Source: Nemertoderma westbladi
Taxonomy: Eukaryota > Animalia > Xenacoelomorpha
DNA: 64,000 nt
Direction of reading: 5' to 3'
Assembly (NCBI GenBank): GCA_032718475.1
Contig: JAUCBJ010008069.1
Span: forward strand, 56,428 to 120,427
Shown here piece by piece: positions 53,201 to 62,035 of this stretch (the first letter of the stretch is position 1; every line of letters begins with the position of its first letter). Both the position numbers and the translations under genes were made by a program. The notes under the pieces are model-generated. The model saw only the letters and a program-made list of their open reading frames with translations. It was not told where the DNA came from and ran no database searches.

Positions 53201-55260
53201 GTGGAGAGTGGAACAAGTGTATTTAAGCTAACAGAGTGAAGAGTTAGTGGAGAGTGGAACAAGTGTATTTAAGCAAACAGAGTGAAGAGTTAGTGGAGAA
53301 TGGAACAAGTGTATTTAAGCTAGAAGAGTGAAAAGTTAGTGGAGAGTGGAACAAGTGTATTTAAGCTAGCAGAGTGAAGAGTTAGTGGAGAGTGGAACAA
53401 GTGTATTTAAGCTAGAAGAGTGAAGAGTTAGTGGAGAGTGGAACAAGTGTGTTTAAGCTAGCAGAGTGAAGAGTTAGTGGAGAGTGGAACAAGTGTGTTT
53501 AAGCTAGCAGAGTGAAGAGTTAGTGGAGAGTGGAACAAGTGTGTTTAAGCTAGCAGAGTGAAGAGTTAGTGGAGAGTTGAAGAAGTGTATTTAAGCTAAC
53601 AGAGTGAAGAGTTTGTAGAGAGTGGAACAAGTGTATTTAAGCTAGCAGAGTGAAGAGTTAGTGGAGAGTGGAACAAGTGTATTTAAGCTAGCAGAGTGAA
53701 GAGTTAGTGAAGAGTGGAACAAGTGTGTTTAAGCTAGCAGAGTGAAGAGTTAGTGGAGAGTGGAACAAGTGTATTTAAGCTAGCAGAGTGAAGAGTTAGT
53801 GGAGAGTGGAACAAGTGTATTTAGGCTAGCAGAGTGAAGAGTTAGTGGAGAGTGGAACAAGTGTATTTAAGCTAGCAGAGTGAAGAGTTAGTGGAGAGTG
53901 GAACAAGTGTATTTAAGCTAGCAGAGTGAAGAGTTAATGGAGAGTGGAACAAGTGTGTTTAAGCTAGCAGAGTGAAGAGTTAGTGGAGAGTGGAACAAGT
54001 GTATTTAAGCTAGCAGAGTGAAGAGTTAGTGGAGAGTGGAACAAGTGTATTTAAGCTAACAGAGTGAAGAGTTAGTGGAGAGTGGAACAAGTGTATTTAA
54101 GCTAACAGAGTGAAGTGTTAGTAGAGAGTGGAACATGTGTATTTAAGCTAACAGAGTGAAGAGTTAGTGGAGAGTGGAACAAGTGTATTTAAGCTAGCAG
54201 AGTGAAGAGTTAGTGGAGAGTGGAACAAGTGTATTTAAGCTAACAGAGTGAAGTGTTAGTAGAGAGTGGAACATGTGTATTTAAGCTAACAGAGTGAAGA
54301 GTTAGTGGAGAGTGGAACAAGTGTATTTAAGCTAACAGAGTGAAGAGTTAGTGGAGAGTGGAACAAGTGTATTTAAGCTAACAGAATGAAGAGTTAGTGG
54401 AGAGAGGAACAAGTGTATTTAAGCTTGCAGAGTGAATAGTTAGTGGAGAGTGGAACAAGTGTATTTAAGCTAGCAGCGTGAAAAGTTAGTGGAGAGTGGA
54501 ACAAGTGTATTTAAGCTAGCAGAATGAAGAGTTAGTGGAGAGTGGAACAAGTGTATTTAAGCTAGCAGAGTGAAGAGTTAGTGGAGAGTGGAACAAGTGT
54601 ATTTAAGCTAACAGAGTGAAGAGTTAGTGGAGAGTGGAACAAGTGTATTTAAGCTAACAGAGTGAAGAGTTAGTGGAGAGTGGAACAAGTGTATTTAAGC
54701 TAACAGAGTGAAGAGTTAGTGGAGAGTGGAACAAGTGTATTTAAGCTAACAGAGTGAAGAGTTAGTGGAGAGTGGAACAAGTGTATTTCAGCTAACAGAG
54801 TGAAGAGTTAGTGGAGAGTGGAACAAGTGTGTTTAAGCTAACAGAGTGAAGAGTTAGTGGAGAGTGGAACAAGTGTATTTAAGCTAACAGAGTGAAGAGT
54901 TAGTGGAGAGTGGAACAAGTGTATTTAAGCTAACAGAGTGAAGAGTTAGTGGAGAGTGGAACAAGTGTATTTAAGCTAACAGAGTGAAGAGTTAGTGGAG
55001 AGTGGAACAAGTGTATTTAAGCTAGCAGAGTGAAGAGTTAGTGGAGAGTGGAACAAGTGTATTTAAGCTAGCAGAGTGAAGAGTTTGTGGAGAGTGGAAC
55101 AAGTGTATTTAAGCTAACAGAGTGAAGAGTTAGTGGAGAGTGGAACAAGTGTGTTTAAGCTAACAGAGTGAAGAGTTAGTGGAGAGTGGAACAAGTGTGT
55201 TTAATCTAGCAGAGTGAAGAGTTAGTGGAGAGTGGAACAAGTGTATTTAAGCTAACAGAG

Positions 55261-55474
55261 TGAAGAGTTAGTGGAGAGTGGAACAAGTGTATTTAAGCTA
55301 ACAGAGCTACATAAAATATTGTCAGATCGATTGGAAGAACTGGGATACTATAAATCTCACCTAAAGGACGACATTATTCAACATTTCAAACAATATAATG
55401 TTCAGGTTGTTTCTGATGGGAAAAATTTAATTTCGGTTTTTCCAGAATCGTTACTCATTGATTTATTCTTGTAA
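55261..55474 (+). pseudogene. Right half of the transposase-like (Academ-like) remnant
   Basis: Last repeat unit reads straight into unique sequence: EELVESGTSVFKLTE-LHKILSDRLEELGYYKSHLKDDIIQHFKQYNVQVVSDGKNLISVFPES. Confidence 0.55.
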
Positions 55475-55631
55475 TCCAGATTTTTTTAGGTAATTTTTTT
55501 TGGAGAGAATTAGCCTACCGTAACGGATTTCAATTTCACTCCATAATGATTTCCTTATGTAATTTTCTTATCAGTCTGTGTGGATTTGCACAATAATCCA
55601 AGTAAGAAGGCGAGATAAATTGTATGCATTC

Positions 55632-56182
55632 TGTGACGGGATCCACGAAGGATCCCGATTTATCCGTTTGTCAATCTACGCGTCCCCGCCGTGTGTGAAA
55701 GGTAAAAGAGTTTGCGTTGTTCGTCGTATATAATTTCCGGGTATAATAGATAGATATAGATAGACTCAACGTATAATGAATGACTAATAATGTATGGTAT
55801 ATGGAAGGCGGGATACGGTGATTGAAGTCCCGGTACTTCCCTAGCTAAACTAACCTAACTAACACCAATAACACACTGAGATAACTGAATAACTAATTGC
55901 TGGTACCTAATGATATATTGCACGGTTTGGCCTTGCTACAGTACCTAGCCGATGCTTCCCCCCCTGATTGGCTAATGTCCCTGTTGGCGCCCTTTGGAGT
56001 GTTCCCGTTCACTCCAGCTATTCTCCCTCTGTTAGGGGTTTGGCCCCTGACCTTTATTGTGCGTTTCTCCTTCCCTCTTTGTTGGGGTGACACGAGTTAT
56101 TGGTTACCCAATCTCGTGGCCCCCAATATTGCTTAACGGTTGACTTTATGGGTTTGTGTTAGCGGAATTGAATAAGCTAACA
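55632..56182 (-). repeat. Putative 3' LTR (551 bp)
   Basis: Minus strand starts TGTTAG immediately after a polypurine tract and ends GTCACA; AATAAA at 56053-56058(-). The partner LTR is not in the window, so boundaries are inferred. Confidence 0.7.
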
Positions 56183-56191
56183 CTCCCCCCC
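56183..56191 (-). other. Polypurine tract (plus-strand primer)
   Basis: GGGGGGGAG directly 5' of the LTR TG. Confidence 0.65.
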
Positions 56192-56887
56192 ATGCTATCT
56201 TCCCGGTGAGAAGATAGCATCCACCTTAAAGTGCGCTACAATTCCGCTGGATCCCGATCTATTATCGGGTGTGGGGTGGAACTATTTTCTTTCGGAGCCG
56301 GCTTTCCAGGCCGCTCCCTATGGGTATGATATCGCTACCCGGTTCGCCTGGCGTCCCATGTCGGGCCGATCGTGCGCTCCTCTCACACGACTTTTGTTTC
56401 CCTAACACTTCGCCACTTTAACTCTACTCTGTTCTCACCCTGACTCTCCTCTACTTCTCCTCACTACCGCTCTAACTCTCGGACTTTCCTGTCCCTCACT
56501 CAGCCTCTTATTCCTCCCACACACTTGAATTGCATTCGCACTCTCTCCGCACTCTGCACTATCACCTCTACTCGACCTCTCTTTGACTACCCTTTCCCTT
56601 CTGACGAATCTCACTCCCCCTTTGTGCCGTCGCACTCAAGAAATGTGAAGTCGTCTGGTGTCTCGTCCATAGTACCATAGTCAGTTAGCCCCCCAGTCCC
56701 AGTAGCTAGTTGAGAAAGGTTGAATGACTATAGTACTTACTTCGAACGTATATTTCATTGCTAAACTACTGATTACTACGTACGTACATATAAATTGCAC
56801 TTATTTAATTATTTGCATCGTTTTGAATTTGTACTTAATAGTTCGTACGTCCCACGTGGCGCCTTCCAGGCGTACCACATTGAAGTC

Positions 56888-59452
56888 TCAGTTCATCCCC
56901 CCTAACTTTGGGAACCACCTCAAGTCTTTCCCTCTGCCGTCCTCCTCCCTGGGTCGTTTCCTGGTCACTACCGCTCCTCTGGGATCCGCTTTCTGTCTTC
57001 GGACCCTCGCCGCCACCTCCTTACTGATCCCGGTCGTTGGCTCTTTGGGTGCTGGTGTTATCAGCTCCCGATATCGCTTCGCGGGTGGCCCCTCCAAGTG
57101 GCCCTGTTGTCTCCCCCTGGTGGCGTCCCATATGATCATCTTCATTGCCCGCGGCACGTGCTCCGCCAGGAAATCCCTAAACTCCCCTCGGTTCTGTGGC
57201 GTCCACCTGTCCAAATACCTTTGTGTATTTATCACCCCGGCATACGACGCCGCCGTTGCTACCTCTTGATAGGTAAACGGTAGCCTCCGCTTTATGGTTT
57301 CCAAGTGAGCCTCCTGATTGATAAGGAAGAAACCCCACTTGAACTCCTGGGCCTTCATGCGCTGGCGCGTCATGGCCCCGACGTCGGCCCACTCCTCGAA
57401 TCTTCTGAACTTCTCTTCATCGTCCATCCAGTCGCACTGGCATCCGTAGTGTCCCCGAAAGTTGCACTTCGGACATCGGTTATGCAACCGTGGACACGCC
57501 CCCATCCTGTGGCTCGACTCGCGGCAGTAGAGACAAAAGGTCCCCTTTTGGAATCGATACAAACAGCTCCTTTCCTGGTGGGTCTGTCTCCCACAGTAAT
57601 CGCAACCGAGTACCAATGTCTCCCGCCCCACGTCGTCTTTCGTCCCAAGCGATCTCCGCGGTCTGTGGAGTCGCTGGTAGGCGAACTTCTGCACGTTAGT
57701 GTCCCTGTCTACGTCGATCTCCTCGCCCCTCTCGGGCATTGTCTCCCCGAATACTACCCGTGGTGCCGTCCCCGGTTGCTCGCCCAACCTGATAGTGCTC
57801 CCCGCGAAATCCATCGCCGGCTCCTCGTGCACCCAGGCCCGCTTGCCGGGTCTATCCCAGAAGGCCCTCGCCCCACTGGCCGTCACCACCCTCCCGCCAA
57901 CCCAGTCCGTGTCCGAGTGGCCTATCCTCCCGATGGGCGGCATCTCTCCAAACTCGTCGTCGTCTTCATCCTCCTCTGGCAGTGGCTCCAACCCCGGTAT
58001 CCCGATGGATCCACTATGTCCCTTCCCGCCTTGGCTCTCGCCCGTAGCTCTCCATCCCTCTAGCTCCCTTAACTTCCTTGGCGGTTGGTCGCCTTCGGCG
58101 CCCGCTGGTATGGGCATCGCTTGCAACTCCGACGTCGACTGTTTCGGCGATCCCACCGTCCATCCCAGTTCTCGCCCTAGAGACTCCCCCGAACTCCCTG
58201 ACGAAGTCCAACGAAGTTCGTCTAAGCCTGCCTGTTCCTCGAAGCCGTAACTCTGCGTCCTGGCCTCCTCTTCCCTCTCCTTTGCTTCTGTCCTTTCCCG
58301 TCTAGCGACTTCTTCCAGTCGCTTTGCCTCTCGTCTATCCGTCTCTAGCTGCTCCCATCTCTGATATGGCGTATCTGTCTCCCCGTCTATCAGATGTCGG
58401 CTATTGTAGTACACCGACTCGCCCTTCAGCCCCGGGTGATCTACCAGACCGTCGAAGGCCGTCTTAAAGGCTCTCCTGTAGCTTAGGGGTGATCCCGATA
58501 ACAGAAATGCCGCTGGCTCCCTCTCGATAACCACGGTCATGAATAAGTTAAGTAAACTTATCATTATCCAATCTTCCTGCAGGATATATCGCTTCTGATA
58601 TACCTTTATCGCTCCTCTGCGGAATTGATACACCTCTTGCCTTCCCGGTCTCGCTCCCCACTTTAGCGAGTTCGCTAGTTCTGCTCCGTATTCCTCCCTG
58701 AACTTCCCCCAGTCCATCGGTTTGTGGCATACGAGCCCCAATAGCTGGCCCATTGCCACCGCCCCGCATTGGCCTGTGTTCCCGACTACCCCCAACCCAT
58801 CTGGTGCCGTCATAGCCATGAAGACCTTCTGCGTATCCAGGAGGTTGGTGGCGTCCGGACCGATGATTCTCTCCGCGTCCTCGCGAATCGCCGATCCCAC
58901 CTTCGTCGTCGACTTCTCTCTTACCAAGACTTGCACCGCTTTCGGTAACCGGTTTAATTTCGGCCCGTCCTTTTTCCCATACGTTCCTAGATCGAATAAG
59001 AAAATGTCCCCATTTGGCGCAGCCAAATGCAGGAGTATGGTCCTGGCCGACCCCGCTGATCCTCGTCTCGAACCCTCCTCGTCTTCCACGGTTCCCTCGT
59101 CGTCTAGGATCATATATCCTCCCCTGTTGACGGAACCTATGAACCTCTTCCAATCCTTCTTCGGCGACTCCCTCGGGTACTTCGGAATCCCGAACTTCGC
59201 CTCGTCCCCCTTCACCACGTAGTGGAAGTGTTGGAAGATCGCGTTGTCCAGCGACGGCATCCCGTAGGTCCCGACCAGCCGCTGTTCGTGCATCTCCCGG
59301 AAGTGGTCCTGCAGCGCTCGTGCCGCGTGACCCTTTTCCAACCTCTCGTAGTATCCTCTCGTCTTCTCCTCCGGATGCCTCTTGGTGAAATCCACCAGTA
59401 TCTCCTTTCCTCCTGACTCCGCCTTTCTCTTTCTGATCAGTTTTCCCGCCAT
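56888..59452 (-). CDS. Extra retrotransposon ORF (854 aa from first ATG): DEDDy-type 3'-5' exonuclease-like domain + acidic linker + 3 CCHC zinc knuckles + basic tail
   Basis: Uninterrupted ORF; ILDDEG (ExoI), LLHLA..IFLFDL, LPKAVQVLV..TTKVGSAIRED (ExoII), LDTQ, GAVAMGQLLG, QKRYILQED (ExoIII-like) at ~58540-59155; CDYCGRQTHQERSC, CLYCRESSHRMGAC, CPKCNFRGHYGCQC at 57434-57604. Confidence 0.8.
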   Translation of the reverse strand: MAGKLIRKRKAESGGKEILVDFTKRHPEEKTRGYYERLEKGHAARALQDHFREMHEQRLVGTYGMPSLDNAIFQHFHYVVKGDEAKFGIPKYPRESPKKDWKRFIGSVNRGGYMILDDEGTVEDEEGSRRGSAGSARTILLHLAAPNGDIFLFDLGTYGKKDGPKLNRLPKAVQVLVREKSTTKVGSAIREDAERIIGPDATNLLDTQKVFMAMTAPDGLGVVGNTGQCGAVAMGQLLGLVCHKPMDWGKFREEYGAELANSLKWGARPGRQEVYQFRRGAIKVYQKRYILQEDWIMISLLNLFMTVVIEREPAAFLLSGSPLSYRRAFKTAFDGLVDHPGLKGESVYYNSRHLIDGETDTPYQRWEQLETDRREAKRLEEVARRERTEAKEREEEARTQSYGFEEQAGLDELRWTSSGSSGESLGRELGWTVGSPKQSTSELQAMPIPAGAEGDQPPRKLRELEGWRATGESQGGKGHSGSIGIPGLEPLPEEDEDDDEFGEMPPIGRIGHSDTDWVGGRVVTASGARAFWDRPGKRAWVHEEPAMDFAGSTIRLGEQPGTAPRVVFGETMPERGEEIDVDRDTNVQKFAYQRLHRPRRSLGTKDDVGRETLVLGCDYCGRQTHQERSCLYRFQKGTFCLYCRESSHRMGACPRLHNRCPKCNFRGHYGCQCDWMDDEEKFRRFEEWADVGAMTRQRMKAQEFKWGFFLINQEAHLETIKRRLPFTYQEVATAASYAGVINTQRYLDRWTPQNRGEFRDFLAEHVPRAMKMIIWDATRGRQQGHLEGPPAKRYRELITPAPKEPTTGISKEVAARVRRQKADPRGAVVTRKRPREEDGRGKDLRWFPKLGGMN

Positions 59453-59930
59453 TCCGAACACTCTCACTCGCTCACCTGTAAGGTGGTGCCTTACCAAGGC
59501 GCAATACAGATGAGTGATAAGTTTCTGATGGTCTGCACAGTTCGAGAATGGCCTATTTTCTATCTAACTACGCCTTTTAGCCTAATTTCTATTACTTAAT
59601 TTTGTAGCTAACAAATGTACCCTATTTGCAATTTCTGTCCGTTGCTTTAATTATGTTCCAGAATAATTTCCCTCCTGTTACCATAATTTGTAATTTTTAG
59701 CCCTATTTACTCTATTTTATTTCTAATCTATTTCTACTATTTACTGCTTATGGATTATTCTATTTCATAATCCACATTCTGACCTACGCTATGGGCCTGT
59801 GCAGTACAGCAGTATATGTCGCGTGGCCTACACGATCTATCCAACTGTACCCATATGCCCCCCTCTCGCTACTAACTACTAACTAATATCTATACTATGT
59901 ATACCCTTCCACCTCTATCTCTTACTAATC

Positions 59931-60375
59931 AGTACTACGTACCCTCTTACTACTCTCTAACTAACTAATGGTACTACGTACCCTCTTACCCTTACTCTAA
60001 CTCCACTAACGGTACTACGTACCCTCTTACTACTCTCTAACTCCACTAACGGTACTACGTACCCTCTTACTCCTCTCTAACTCCACTAACGGTACTACGT
60101 ACCCTCTTACTACTCTCTAACTCCACTAACGGTACTACGTACCCTCTAACTGACTAACTCTAGGTACTACGTACCTTCTAACTAACTCCTAACTAACTAA
60201 CTAACTAACTAACTCTAGGTACTACGTACCTTCTAACTGACTAACTCTAGGTACTACGTACCTTCTAACTAACTCCTAACTAACTAACTAACTAACTCTA
60301 GGTACTACGTACCTTCTAACTGACTAACTCTAGGTACTACATACCTTCTAACTAACTCCTAACTAACTAACTCTA
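59931..60375. repeat. Tandem repeat array inside the retrotransposon with core GGTACTACGTACC (11 copies)
   Basis: 40-bp units at 60011/60051/60091/60131, then variable units with (CTAA)n spacers. Confidence 0.9.
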
Positions 60376-60482
60376 ATTTTTTTTTGTTTTATTTTATTTT
60401 TATGTGTGGGAAGGGCGTCTCACCCTCGATCCCACCCCCCTCAGTCCAAACTTGGACGACTAAACTACACTCTGTCTCCACC

Positions 60483-61578
60483 CTAAGGTGCCCCTTCTAA
60501 TAGACAGCATTTCCCTACAGCTCTCCTGTAGGTTTTCCTGTCTTTCGCACCTATCTTGCCACCTATCCGCACTTCTACCGATCGGACTCTTCCGTCCTCA
60601 TCGGAGTAAGTTCCTACGACTCTCGCCAACCGCCACTGGTTGTTGATGATAGTATCATCCGTAACGATTACGAGATCTCCCTCTCTTAACTCCCTATTCA
60701 ACTTCCTCCACTTGCTTCTTTTGTGAAGCGTGGGTAGGTATTCCTCAACCCACCTCCTCCAATACTCTGCGCTTATCGCTTTAGCGACCTTCCAACTCTG
60801 GCGGGAGTGTATGTCATCTGGGTCTACACCCCGCATATCGATGGTCGCTGGCCTTTCCATTAGAAAATGGCTGGGTGTCAACACATCTAATGACTCAGGG
60901 TCATCATTCTCCGGATATAGCGGTCTGCTATTAATGATCCCCTCGCACTTCGCAAGCACTGTCCTTAAGACGTCCTCAGTGACCATGTGGGTGTTCATTA
61001 GCTTCATCATAAGACGCTTTGAACTGCCCACCAGTCTCTCGACGCATCCTAGTGTATGTGGTGCATACGGCGTCCTTCTCTCCCACTTTACTTGTCGTCG
61101 TCTCATGGCCGCCCTGACTTCCTCCCCTTCCAAGATGTCCAAGGCCTCTGCCATCTCGTTCTCTGCTCCCACAAAGTTGGTTCTGCTGTCGGAGTACAGT
61201 ACTGCAATCGTCCCACCTTTGCGGTCTCTGAATCTTTCTAATGCATTAATAAATGCTGATGCGGTTGCATCTTGGGCGAGTTCTATCCCTACCGCCCGCG
61301 TGTTGTTACATACGAAGATAATACCGTAGCGTTTCTCCGTGTGCCGCATCACCTTGATCTTTATCGGCCCGAACATGTCCACACCGCAATGTGTAAATGG
61401 CGGGTCGTGCTGTCTTACTCTACTCGCTGGTAGTGGTGCCATCTCTTGTATGGCTCGCTCCTTCTTCGCTCGTCGGCAGGTCTGGCACTGCCCCACTACC
61501 GCTTTTACCTTCTTCCTCAACTGATTGACCCAAAAGGTCCTCCTTATCTCCGTGAGAGTTCGGTTGGTGCCCTCGTGA
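60483..61578 (-). pseudogene. BEL/Pao integrase region (partial H2C2 zinc finger, DDE core, DUF5641-like C-terminus)
   Basis: HEGTNRTL..FWV..CQTC; CGVDMFGP, YSDSRTNFVGA, GCVERLV; YWRRWVEEYLPTLHKRSKW..GDLV; frame is disconnected from upstream pol by a deletion. Confidence 0.92.
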
Positions 61579-62035
61579 GTACCATCCCTCTATTATCGGG
61601 CAGTGGTAACTTCGGTAGTTTCCATACCATTCCTATGGTGTACCGCCCCTCGTCGCACTTCATAGACTCCTCTACGCTCTGCTGAGCCTGTTTGTCTTCC
61701 ACCGAGGTCCCGACCCCGGTCTCCTTTAATCCTTCAAAATCCTGTCTGAGCAGTCTTTTAAGCTGCTCCTCTGCTCTCTCATCACTCATCTCCTGCATAG
61801 TTCCCGCGAACATGCATCCTGATGTCTCCGACATCCTAAATGGTATCTTGCTCTTGATTGGGCCACTTAGCGTCCACCCGAATGGTGTCAGTATCGCCAC
61901 CGGGTCACACTGCTTGTCTTCGCCGAAGACCGTTTGCATTCTTTCGTGGGCCGTTGGGCAGTCCATCCCTACTATGATGGATACTTTCCTAACGTCCACA
62001 TCTGGGATTGAGAAGTCAATATCATCCAGAAATTT
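61544..62035 (-). pseudogene. Post-protease pol segment, ends at the RT/RNase H deletion junction
   Basis: Same frame as gag-pro after an in-frame TAA; BEL motifs IIVGMD, PVAILTPFGWTLSGP, SVED, GRYTIGMVWK..LPDNR. Confidence 0.85.

Larger units (their letters stand above)
17986..55306. repeat. 46-bp tandem satellite, ~36 kb net (~785 units)
   Basis: Unit TGAAGAGTTAGTGGAGAGTGGAACAAGTGT(A/G)TTTAAGCTA(G/A)CAGAG; highly homogeneous, with rare 1-bp and 11-bp deletions; interrupted once by a LINE. Confidence 0.99.

Noticed and set aside
17986-55306. 46-bp array as telomeric repeat or as a giant repetitive protein gene
   Set aside because: No TTAGGG/TTAGG tandem units; unit length 3n+1 with stops prevents a long ORF.
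56888-59497. Extra ORF as an envelope glycoprotein or a second Gag
   Set aside because: No signal peptide or clear TM anchor; no capsid-like motifs; exonuclease-like motifs fit better.
60001-60130. GTTAGTGGAG shared between the retrotransposon repeats (minus) and the 46-bp satellite
   Set aside because: Only a 10-mer in low-complexity purine-rich sequence; the satellite's origin is explained by the flanking ORF.
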